DNA of 64,000 bases from Candidatus Poribacteria bacterium (GCA_965205025.1 CBDBFU010000026.1:32001-96000), one strand, 5' to 3'. Shown: positions 32,356-41,519, counted from the first letter of the stretch. The notes: a model not told the origin generated them from the letters alone. Numbers and translations are program-made.

Positions 32356-33603
32356 CTATTTATTCGTCTTACCTATCTTTTCTAACCTTTGCAATGCAGA
32401 AATCGCATCTTTATCGTTAGGTGAAATCTCAAGGATTGTATTATAGGTTTTAATTGCCTTTTCGAAATGTCCTTGTTGCATATATATTTCCGCTAATCCG
32501 TGATAGGCTAAAGTAAGTTTCGGCATCTTCTCTACTGCTTTCTGTAAATGCATTTCTGCTTGGTCATATTTTTCTTGTGAGTTGTATAGCCACCCTAATC
32601 GGACATGCGCTTCTACAGCATCGGGATTTAACTGCAACACCTGCTGAAATTGTGTAATTGCTTTTTCAGTAAAGTTTAAACCCATATATAATCTGCCTAA
32701 TTTGTCATACGCTTCCACATACTTTGGATTTAATTGAATAATTGTCTTGTATGTATGAATTGCAGCTGAGAAATGCTGGTGTTGAGAATGTGTTTCTGCT
32801 AATTTCATACGGAGTGCAGAGTTAAGAGGATCTTCTGCTAAAAATCCTTCAAGAGCATAAGTTTTGTCATAGTAGTTTTTCATCTTTTGAAACAATATAA
32901 GCTGTTTCTTTGCCGATTCCAAATCTCCGAGAAGTCTATACGCTTTAGCAAGGTTGTAATAGGCACTTTGTATATAAGGTTTTTTTTGAATGGCTTTTTT
33001 ATAATACGCAATTGCTTCATTAGGTTTGTTTTGCATAACAGCAATTAAACCAAGCCATTCATATACCTCTGCAAAATCGGGATTGAGCTTTAGAGCATTC
33101 TGAAATGAGGTGATGGCTTTATTGAATTCTGCTTGGTGTGTATAAATGTAACCAATCCGGTAATGTGTATCAGCATCTGATGGAGATATTTCAACTGCAG
33201 TCAAAGCATGCTGCTTAGCAATATCTAACTTGCTCTGTTTACAGTATATCTCTGATAATGCAAGGTGGGTGTATCCATATATTTGAGGTTGATCTAATAA
33301 CTCGTTTGACGCTAACTCCGTAATAATCTTATTAAACGTTACTACTGCTAATTCTAATTTATCCTGTATTTTGTAAACATTCCCCAATTGAAAAAGTGCT
33401 TTAACATCTCCAGGATTTCGGGATAAAATCACATTGAAAATATCAACGGCTTCAGGGTATAACCGTAGTTCAATATAATCTAAACCTTTTTTAAATTCAG
33501 GGTCGATTTGTGATATACTTACATCGGGGACAGATAAGAAAAAGGTGAGAATTAGCCAAGTATAAATAAGTTTAGAATACTTGTACTGATGAAGTTTATG
33601 CAT
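32356..33603 (-). CDS. Secreted multi-TPR protein
   Basis: N-terminal hydrophobic segment followed by many TPR units. Confidence 0.88.
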   Translation of the reverse strand: MHKLHQYKYSKLIYTWLILTFFLSVPDVSISQIDPEFKKGLDYIELRLYPEAVDIFNVILSRNPGDVKALFQLGNVYKIQDKLELAVVTFNKIITELASNELLDQPQIYGYTHLALSEIYCKQSKLDIAKQHALTAVEISPSDADTHYRIGYIYTHQAEFNKAITSFQNALKLNPDFAEVYEWLGLIAVMQNKPNEAIAYYKKAIQKKPYIQSAYYNLAKAYRLLGDLESAKKQLILFQKMKNYYDKTYALEGFLAEDPLNSALRMKLAETHSQHQHFSAAIHTYKTIIQLNPKYVEAYDKLGRLYMGLNFTEKAITQFQQVLQLNPDAVEAHVRLGWLYNSQEKYDQAEMHLQKAVEKMPKLTLAYHGLAEIYMQQGHFEKAIKTYNTILEISPNDKDAISALQRLEKIGKTNK

Positions 33604-33630
33604 ACTTCAATATTGAAGTTCTCAATAAGA

Positions 33631-33951
33631 CTATTGATGTTTGTCTAAGACGTCTTGAATCCAAGAGAGGGCTGCCATACTTGATGACCAACCAATTGAT
33701 GTGATAGCAAGCAGTGCTACTTGTTGGATTTCGTCTCGTGAAATTCCATCCCGTAATGCGCGTCGAGTATGTGAATGCACGGCTCCTTCAGATTTTGCTC
33801 CAATGGCTAATGCAAGTTTAACAAGCCGCACTGTTCTGGCATCAAGCGGTCCAGCTGTACCACACGCTTCGCCTAAGTTTTGATATGCTTTCCAAACATC
33901 AGGATATTCTTCTATTACACCTTGGAGAAAATCAGGTAATTTATCATTCAT
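33631..33951 (-). CDS. Carboxymuconolactone decarboxylase (AhpD-like) family protein
   Basis: GPLDARTVRLVKLALAIG...HTRRALRDGISRDEI. Confidence 0.88.
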   Translation of the reverse strand: MNDKLPDFLQGVIEEYPDVWKAYQNLGEACGTAGPLDARTVRLVKLALAIGAKSEGAVHSHTRRALRDGISRDEIQQVALLAITSIGWSSSMAALSWIQDVLDKHQ

Positions 33952-33960
33952 ATTTAGTAA

Positions 33961-34161
33961 TTAGCCAACTTCCTTTTCTTTTGGTGCATCTTTTTCCTGA
34001 ACCGTTGTATCGTCTTCTTCTATTTGTGCCTCGTTAAGTCCAGACTTAAAGTTTGTAATACTTTTGCCGAGTCCACGTGCCAATTCCGGAAGTTTTTTTG
34101 CGCCAAATAAGAGAACTACTAACGCTAAAATTATAATCCATTCCCATCCACCAGTAAACAT
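33961..34161 (-). CDS. tatA: Twin-arginine translocase subunit TatA/E
   Basis: WEWIIIL..LLFGAKKLPELARGLGKSI..FK; GGAGG RBS. Confidence 0.95.
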   Translation of the reverse strand: MFTGGWEWIIILALVVLLFGAKKLPELARGLGKSITNFKSGLNEAQIEEDDTTVQEKDAPKEKEVG

Positions 34162-34336
34162 TTTGCTTCCTCCAAATTAATACAATCTGTTCCAAATGAG
34201 TTTAAGAATTTCTATGTATGTAAGGTATTTTATCATATTTTTAATGTAATTTCACTTTAAATTTAGTTTGAGGGTATGTAAAGTTATTGTCACTAAGCAT
34301 TACGCTATTATTATATTTGGATACCGTTTTTTCTCC

Positions 34337-34457
34337 TAATACCATTTCAAGATTTTTATCGCATGAACAGTTGTAAAACATGTCTTGATATACTGCACAA
34401 ACTGGAAGTTTATGCTACATTACAGAGAAGAGACTATATTTATCTGAAATGGTATTA
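34337..34457. mobile_element. MITE-like shell carrying a REP
   Basis: TIRs TAATACCATTTCAAGAT and ATCTGAAATGGTATTA; internal GCACAAACTGGAAGTTTATGCTAC. Confidence 0.6.
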
Positions 34458-34644
34458 ACGTGAGTTTGATAAATCAGATTCTTATGAACGAATCAACGGT
34501 ATGAATGCTATTTAGCATTCCCCGTGGTTAGGAAACCGCCAAATCAACGGTATGAATGCTATTTAGCATTCCCCGCCTACCGGGTCTATAGGAGTGATAT
34601 TTTTGGGAAAATGAAGATTTTTACCTATTATCAAACTCACGTTA
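34456..34644. mobile_element. MITE with perfect 17-bp TIRs
   Basis: TAACGTGAGTTTGATAA (34456-34472) and TTATCAAACTCACGTTA (34628-34644). Confidence 0.75.
34491..34575 (+). repeat. Two identical 34-bp hairpin-containing direct repeats interrupting a REP
   Basis: AATCAACGGTATGAATGCTATTTAGCATTCCCCG at 34491-34524 and 34542-34575. Confidence 0.85.
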
Positions 34645-34765
34645 TTAGGTTATGTTCTGAGAATTTCCAAATACGAACAATTATGTATGTTTAAATGGTA
34701 ATATTCCATAAAATTAATCCGATTCTTCATTATAGAAGTTAAGTTAATATCACATATCATATTGT

Positions 34766-35214
34766 GAAAAAGGTTACACTTTTCGTCACATGGTGTGACA
34801 TTTAAATTGATGAAAATTATGGCTGTAAACCCTGTTACAGACAGAGTTTATCTCCAATTGAAATAAGAATTAGAAAAATTGATATTTTGTGTCTTTTTTG
34901 ACTTTTTTTGTTAACTTCCAATATGCAAAAAAGTGTATATTATTAGAACCATTTTGATATTCGTTATGCGTATTAGATCTTTGAATAATCATCAATTATT
35001 CTCCTATGAATATGTAGCCAGTAGTTTTTGTTGTTAGTTGTTTCAGTCTATCTCATCAATTCTATATTTTAATGTTTCTTTGTTTTTGTCATGTATTATA
35101 TAGAACTAAGCGTAATTCTTGTGTAAATTTACTGTCTTTTAGTTGTTCACAATAGTTATATTCATATTCTCAATATGCAGAAAAGTTACACTTTTCGTTA
35201 CATGGTGTAACATT
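34766..35214. repeat. Two copies of an approximately 35-bp motif with a palindromic core
   Basis: GTTACACTTTTC-GTCACA-TGG-TGTGAC-ATT (34773-34802) and GTTACACTTTTC-GTTACA-TGG-TGTAAC-ATT (35185-35214). Confidence 0.75.
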
Positions 35215-36345
35215 GATAAAACTCCTCTCCCGTCAGTACTACACTGGGTTTAGATCCATTTTTTTAAGGTTACAAGAATTTGTTCCAATTATAAAGTTGG
35301 GTTGAATTTTGTGTTTTTTACTTTTCTTTTGATCCATTGATTTAGGATTGTTTGAATGTGAAATATTTGTGTTTCCATTTTGACAAGATATTAGAATATA
35401 TTCGAAAAATCATAGATTTGGAGGATTCTTTGTACGTGCCATCTGCTATATTTTGAACCAACGGACGGGGAAATCCGAATTCTATGAAGAGAATTATATC
35501 TGTATGGACGATTCGTAGTAATGAGATACAGTGTAGTTTACTGTTGTGCATGATAGTCTGTTTTGTTTGAAGTCGGTCTAATTTTTAGTTTTTCAAGTTT
35601 TTTGAGTCGCTTTTTAAGAAATGATTTTTTAATGAGTCGAAAACCGTGTTGGGGATTGGGATAACAAAGGATTTGAGTAATAGGTGTAAAATTTTAAAAT
35701 TAGAAAAACTAAAAAATATTCGGTTGAATTCGCATTGGTTTTTCTCTGTATCTGCTTATGGGGTGATAATTCTGAATATTTTTGTTGTAATTCTAACATG
35801 GATAATCCTATTTCCCAGATAGTGGTTTTGGTTGAATTTGGCATAAAGTTTAGAAATCTAAATAATTAGAGAATAGTTACACTTTCACGGCATAAACAAT
35901 ATTTCGTATCTTCCAAGTAATGTGTTAGTTTTAGTTTATAATTAGTGAACGATATAGTATTGTATCATTTTATTTGCATTTTGACAAATATTTCTAATTT
36001 ATTTTATGTTATTGTGATATATGTATGTTAGTTGTTAGATGTTTGTGTTTTCTTCAATTATTTTAAAGTCTTATGGAAAAAGTGTGAAATTAGAATTTGA
36101 TACAGTTTATATTAAGAACATGTATTTGATCCGTTTCTATTAAGTAAATTAATGCCATAAACTTTACACACCCCATCCTGATGGGTACGTAAATAATTTG
36201 TCACCATGGGTCAATTTAGTAAGATAAATCTATTTATAGGGTTGTTCTGAATTATCTGAACTACGGATTAGGCTGATAGGTGTGTTTGGAGAGGGTAAGG
36301 GTAAGAACATAAACTATAAATTTGTGGTACAAAGAGTTGTTTTTC

Positions 36346-36512
36346 TGAATCACGGATTACACGGATTACACGGAGGAGAGGGTTTTGGGTTCGGATTGTT
36401 TTCTTTTTTGAATCACGGATTACGCGGATTACGCGGATTACACGGAGGAGAGGGTTTTGGATTCGGATTGTTTTCTTTTTTGAATCATGGGTTACGCGGA
36501 TTATGTGGATAA
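36346..36512 (+). repeat. Nested tandem repeat (9-bp CACGGATTA units inside roughly 65-bp units)
   Basis: TGAATCACGGATTACACGG...GGAGAGGGTTTTGG.TTCGGATTGTTTTCTTTTT repeated about 2.5 times. Confidence 0.85.
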
Positions 36513-36668
36513 GAGGGTGATTGTCTGTAGGAATCTGTTTCTATGCTGGAGCTTCTATACTGTTAGAAAACGATCCTACCAATGTGTCGGAATAGGACCT
36601 TGAAGAATCGGGGATCGGAATCCCTTCCTAAATGAAAAAATTGTATAATGTATTGTAGAAAATAAATA

Positions 36669-36697
36669 TTGACATTTTTTAACACTTTTTCTACAAT
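36669..36697 (+). promoter_or_regulatory. Sigma70-type promoter for the cassette locus
   Basis: TTGACA-17 bp-TACAAT; 12-bp inverted repeat TATTGTAGAAAA (36651-36662) / TTTTCTACAATA (36687-36698), the second arm overlapping the -10. Confidence 0.75.
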
Positions 36698-36704
36698 ATA
36701 GATA

Positions 36705-36928
36705 GATGTTAGAATTCACGATATGCGTGAACGACATCGGAGGTGCTTAAAAAAGTGCACCGGCAGTATAGCCGCTGCCGATGCGTAGCACTGCCGTATA
36801 TACTGGACCGTTACGACAGCGCTGGTTTCTATTATAACACAGATTGACTGTTAAGTCATCTGTTGCAGAGACCAGCGACCTCTACAGGGATTACATTATA
36901 GACTCTTTTTCCTTCCAAATCTCTGTAG
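36705..36928 (+). ncRNA. Candidate structured leader RNA
   Basis: Five consecutive stem-loops between the promoter and the first RBS; no family recognised. Confidence 0.45.
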
Positions 36929-36973
36929 TCTGTCTAAACACTTAACTTGCTTCATTCTTCAAAGGAGCACAGC

Positions 36974-37300
36974 ATGAGACAAGACTACAAAGTCCTCTCT
37001 ATTACGATAATTATTTTTACCTGCATTTATGTAGGCGGTATATTTTTGTTTGGTGTTGATGCAAACACCACGCAACGTTGTAATCCGAATGGTGATCGAT
37101 GGATTGGTTGGGAATGTTTACCTCGAGAAAACCCTATGATTTCTAATCGGTGTCCGACCCAATTGACACTTATTGGCGGGTGTAAATCGAGAGAGTTTCC
37201 GAAAGTTCAACCATTTCCGATTTGTCCAAAACGAAATCCGAAACCATCCTGTTCGCTGGACACTATAAGACAAAAGGGTGGCTCTTTATATAAGGAGTGA
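36974..37300 (+). CDS. Small membrane-anchored or secreted Cys-rich protein
   Basis: AAGGAG RBS then ATG at 36974; hydrophobic N-terminus; six Cys in the soluble part; stop codon abuts the next RBS. Confidence 0.55.
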   Translation: MRQDYKVLSITIIIFTCIYVGGIFLFGVDANTTQRCNPNGDRWIGWECLPRENPMISNRCPTQLTLIGGCKSREFPKVQPFPICPKRNPKPSCSLDTIRQKGGSLYKE

Positions 37301-37305
37301 AACTA

Positions 37306-37893
37306 ATGAGAAAAAAAATGTATTGGGGGTTAGCTTCCCTCATTCTTATCATCGGTGTTGTGGGTGTATACTTTATGTTGCAACCCGAACCCGATACGGA
37401 ACCAGAAAAGAGGTTTATAGTGCCAACAGAGGCAGAACTTGAAAAGGCGAGAGAAGCAAGGAAACCACCACCCGGTGCCTCTCCAAACGGACATTGGCAT
37501 GGGGATGAATGGCACGATGAATCGCATGCAGAACCTGCAACCGTGCCACACACCCAAACTGTGTCTACAGAAGAAGCAGCGTCTGACGATATAGTATGGA
37601 CAATAGAATCCATGAAAAGGTCCCGTGAGAACCTACTAAATTCTTTGCCGATATATATTGAAACGAACAAAAAACAGATTCCAAGTCTTGAGGAAGCGTT
37701 AAAACGTATGGAAGGAAATACTCTTGTTGATGGACACAGAGATCAAGTCAAAAAAACCCTTGATAGGGTGCGATCTCAGCTTTCGCATCAGCAAGAATTG
37801 TTTGAAAGACTATCACAACCGGATGGACTTGAATACCTAATCAGGCGTAGGGGGGCAGAAGAACTATTAACGGAGGTGGACAATGAAAAATAA
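37306..37893 (+). CDS. Cassette 1 gene A: membrane-anchored protein with PPPGASPNGHWHGDEWHDE motif and helical C-terminus
   Basis: AAGGAG RBS; N-terminal TM; paralog at 39476. Confidence 0.85.
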   Translation: MRKKMYWGLASLILIIGVVGVYFMLQPEPDTEPEKRFIVPTEAELEKAREARKPPPGASPNGHWHGDEWHDESHAEPATVPHTQTVSTEEAASDDIVWTIESMKRSRENLLNSLPIYIETNKKQIPSLEEALKRMEGNTLVDGHRDQVKKTLDRVRSQLSHQQELFERLSQPDGLEYLIRRRGAEELLTEVDNEK

Positions 37894-39220
37894 GAATTAT
37901 CTCCAATTACTGACAACTTTTTTAGCGGTAGTCCTTGTTAGCATAGTATACCTATATGTGAGTGCCGAAGGAGAGGAAGCGTCACCGACAGTCGTATTCA
38001 ACGCTGCACAGGGTCGCATTGGGGTTATACAAAGTGAGATAAACAAGGAGATGGTTCCTGCACATCAATTCGGTAATATACAAAGAGAAATTGTAAAAGC
38101 ACTTGGTACGAACTGGACTTCCTCTAAGAAAAATATAGCGAAATCTATTATTGATCGTATAGCTGGCGGTGTCGCTGGTGCTCTGAAAACCGTGACAGAT
38201 CAGACAATTGTCTCTAAAAGCAGTTACGATCTAATCAGGGATCTTGATTCTGTCCGTGTTAAAGTAGATGAGTATATAGCGACCAAGATCGACAAGGGCA
38301 TCTATCAACGAGAAGAGACGGGGTATAACGCTACCTATGATAGAATGTTAGATGCTTACCGTGAAACGAAAGGTCAAGATAGAATTGATCTAAATGATGC
38401 TATTTTCGGAAGGGAGAATGCTGGTGATTATTCGTCAGAGATTGCGTCTTGGAAATGGCCTGTTCCTGATGTGGATAAACTCTATGTGAGTCGATGTGCT
38501 ACGCCAACAGGCACGTGCTGGGGTTATTACGAGGATGCCAACGAACATGAGTTAGAATGTACTCAAAAACATGGTGTTTCAGGTGAAACAGACGTATCAT
38601 GGTGGATTTGCCAGTCAGCCACGGAATGCCAACGTGCATCGGAGCATTGGTTGCCATGTCCGGGTAATTGTGGTGAAAAGTATCCACCTAAGAAAGTGAG
38701 TAAGGGGCGTGGTCAATTTTATTATTCTGATAATATAAAATTCCCGCATGAGGTGAAATGTAACGAAGATGTGTACGATGGTTTTTGGAAGTTTTGGGCG
38801 AAGTGTAAAAATATTTGGTATACTTGTCAGCATAGTAGTTGTACGAATTCATCGGCTCATGATGATGGTAATAGTAACTCCTATTATAATGAGGATGGCA
38901 GTGGCAGTGGTAGTGGCAGTACACCGTCTACACCATCTACACCGTCTACACCGACACCTACACCGTCTCCGAGCACTCCCGTAGACAACTCGCCGGATTG
39001 TAGTTATTGCACGGATAGTTGTAGTGCGTGCCAAGCGGTATGTGCGAGTGGGTGTACTTATGATCCGAGGAAAGCAAATCAGGTAAAGGAGCATCGGACT
39101 CGGACGTGTCGATACTGTGGTCAATCGTGGCAAAACTGTGGGGCTGGAAGTGGAAGACCTGCTACTTGCAACAATGAAAAGCGGCGGAAGAATGGCAAAG
39201 GCTGTTGGGCAGAAGATTAA
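37883..39220 (+). CDS. Cassette 1 gene B: secreted protein with helical N-half and 22-Cys C-half with GS/TP linker
   Basis: Signal peptide; overlaps the gene A stop with a GGAGG RBS; paralog at 40104. Confidence 0.85.
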   Translation: MKNKNYLQLLTTFLAVVLVSIVYLYVSAEGEEASPTVVFNAAQGRIGVIQSEINKEMVPAHQFGNIQREIVKALGTNWTSSKKNIAKSIIDRIAGGVAGALKTVTDQTIVSKSSYDLIRDLDSVRVKVDEYIATKIDKGIYQREETGYNATYDRMLDAYRETKGQDRIDLNDAIFGRENAGDYSSEIASWKWPVPDVDKLYVSRCATPTGTCWGYYEDANEHELECTQKHGVSGETDVSWWICQSATECQRASEHWLPCPGNCGEKYPPKKVSKGRGQFYYSDNIKFPHEVKCNEDVYDGFWKFWAKCKNIWYTCQHSSCTNSSAHDDGNSNSYYNEDGSGSGSGSTPSTPSTPSTPTPTPSPSTPVDNSPDCSYCTDSCSACQAVCASGCTYDPRKANQVKEHRTRTCRYCGQSWQNCGAGSGRPATCNNEKRRKNGKGCWAED

Positions 39221-39252
39221 CTTTGTCTACTTGACAGTAGATTAGATTTTAT

Positions 39253-39286
39253 AGGCAGGTATCCATTATTGGATACCTGCCTTTTT
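39253..39286 (+). terminator. Rho-independent terminator of cassette 1
   Basis: AGGCAGGTATCCA-TTAT-TGGATACCTGCCT-TTTT. Confidence 0.85.
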
Positions 39287-39475
39287 GTGAGTTAGCAAAA
39301 ATACCCAAAACAAGTGAAATGTGTTATAATAGGATTAGATGATACTTGAGGGGAACCGTGTCACATAAGCGGATAAAAGATAAAAGAAGAAAAAGTTGTA
39401 TGATATCAGGAATATGGATAGACTGCTGGACGCAGTAAGATAAAAGGGTGGCTCATTATATAAGGAGCGAAACTT

Positions 39476-40117
39476 ATGAGAAAGAAAATGTATTGGGGGT
39501 TAGCTTCCCTCATTCTTATCGTCGGTGTTGTGGGTGTATTTGTTATGTTGCAACCCGATCCGGAACCCGAAAAGAGATATAAACTGCCATCAGAGGCAGA
39601 GAATAAACAGAAAAAAGATGTAAACCAACCGCAGCGTCCTGTATCAGAAGTTGTTAAACCGCCGCCACCCGGTGCCTCTCCAAACGGACATTGGCATGGG
39701 GATGAATGGCACGATGAACCGCACCAGACACCTATAGCTGAAGTTTCTCAAAAAACGCCTGCCGAAAACTTGAAAACAGAGGAAAAAACGGATCTGTCTA
39801 AATATTACGGTAAGTCGGGCGAAGATTTTTACAGAGATCGTTTTTCAAGAGAAGAGCTGGAATCTATGATTAAAGTTGAGCAACGGGAAGTTGAACGGTT
39901 AAAAACAAAGCATATTCCTGAATTAGAAAAGTTGCGTGAAAAGCAACTGAAATTTCTTCAAAGTATTCCTGATAGCATAAATGAACCTATTAAAAATAGT
40001 CTGGCTGACATTGAAAGACAGATTAGATTTAACAAGTTTCAATTGAGCAATATAGAAAAAAGTATCTCAGAAATGTTAAAGGTATTGAATGAGGAGGGAA
40101 AGAATGTTGAAAAATAG
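39476..40117 (+). CDS. Cassette 2 gene A paralog
   Basis: Same N-terminus and an identical GHWHGDEWHDE block; divergent C-terminus. Confidence 0.85.
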   Translation: MRKKMYWGLASLILIVGVVGVFVMLQPDPEPEKRYKLPSEAENKQKKDVNQPQRPVSEVVKPPPPGASPNGHWHGDEWHDEPHQTPIAEVSQKTPAENLKTEEKTDLSKYYGKSGEDFYRDRFSREELESMIKVEQREVERLKTKHIPELEKLREKQLKFLQSIPDSINEPIKNSLADIERQIRFNKFQLSNIEKSISEMLKVLNEEGKNVEK

Positions 40118-41487
40118 TGTTTATGCTAAAAGCATTATTTCGTTTATTTGCGTTACTTTTGTGATTTCGATATTTCTATTTCTCGGTGAAAATGCAAAAA
40201 CAGAGGCAAATGCAAAAGTAGAGAAAGCTAAATTTGACGCTTACAACAGAACGAAGGGTACTGTAGGTAATCTTTATTCTAAGATTAACAACGAAATGAT
40301 TACACTGGGTCAATACTTTGCCATCCGAACGGGTATTGTCAACATGCTTGCGGAGAACAATGAAGATATTCGCGATAATGCGCTGAATGCGACAAGTTTG
40401 GAAGGCGCAATATCAGCACTGGGTCTGAATCTTTTGGATAAAATGGACGGGGTAACGTTAAAAAATCAACTTGACGGTGCCAATGCGTCTATTGAGAAAA
40501 TTCATACAGGACAATATTGCCTCAGTATATGAGAGAAAAGGCGATGAGAAAACCCACACGATGATGGGGTTTAGAGAAGCTTTTTCTCAATTAGTAACCC
40601 GGTATAATGCTCTTGACGCAGAATATACGTTACAGGCAAACAAAGATATTTATGGGGCGGCAACAGCCACTTCTAATAAAACGGATCTTTATCAAACGGA
40701 TCTGTATATTGCAATGCCTGATGCGGAAACTGTGTTTGTTACCAAGTGTCCTAATCCATCGGGTAATTGCTACGGTTATTATGAGGATGCGAATAAAGAT
40801 AAACGAACCTGTTTTGAAAAACATGGTACTTCCGGTGTGTCGAATATCGTGTATTGGACATGTGAAAATGATGATGAAACCTGTACTCGTTCGTCGGAGC
40901 ATTGGTTGCCCTGTCCGGGTAATTGTGGTGAAAAGTATCCACCTAAGAAAGTGAGTAAGGGGCGTGGTCAATTTTATTATTCTGATAATATAAAATTCCC
41001 GCATGAGGTGAAATGTAAAGTAGATGTGTGGGATGGTTTTTGGAAGTTTTGGGCGAAATGTTCAAATATTTGGTATACTTGTCAGCATAGTAGTTGTACG
41101 AATTCATCGGCTCATGATGATGGTAATAGTAACTCCTATTATAATGAGGATAGCAGTGGCAGTGGCAGTGGTAGTGGTAGTGGTAGCACACCGTCAACAC
41201 CATCTACACCGTCAACACCGACCCCGACTCCGACTCCCACACCTCCAGTAGACAACTCGCCGGATTGTAGTTATTGCACGGATAGTTGTAGTGCGTGTCA
41301 AGCGGTATGTGCGAGTGGGTGTACTTATGATCCGAGGAAACCAAATCAGGTAAAGGAGCACAAGACGCGCACGTGTCGATACTGTGGTCAATCGTGGCAA
41401 AACTGTGGGGCTGGAAGTGGAAGACCTGCTACTTGCAACGATGAAAAGCGGCGGAAGAATGGCAAAGGCTGTTGGGCAGAAGATTAA
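40104..41487 (+). CDS. Cassette 2 gene B paralog (one +1 frameshift at A4 run 40497-40500)
   Basis: ORFs 40089-40532 and 40471-41487 join to read ASIEKFIQDNI, collinear with cassette 1 gene B. Confidence 0.8.
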
Positions 41488-41519
41488 CTTTGTCTACTTG
41501 ACATCAGATTAGATTTTAT

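Larger units (their letters stand above)
34272..36173. mobile_element. Non-autonomous element bounded by GGGT(A/G)TGTAAAGTT inverted ends
   Basis: Left end GGGTATGTAAAGTTATTGTCACTAA, right end ATGCCATAAACTTTACACACCC; same end pair as 59159-61514; no TSD seen. Confidence 0.5.

Noticed and set aside
34491-34575. Possible mini CRISPR array
   Set aside because: Only two repeats, the 17-nt spacer is REP sequence, and there are no cas genes in the window
35342-35844. Short ORFs in the non-coding desert
   Set aside because: No recognisable motifs or RBS; consistent with chance ORFs in AT-rich DNA
36282-36512. 76-aa ORF with NHGLHGL repeats
   Set aside because: Translation of the tandem DNA repeat; no independent coding evidence
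34162-36650. Replication origin in the long AT-rich intergenic region
   Set aside because: Only one DnaA-box match was noticed (TGTGGATAA near 36504, part of a tandem repeat), and no dnaA/dnaN/gidA context is present
38490-39220. Multiheme cytochrome
   Set aside because: The CxxC pairs are not followed by His
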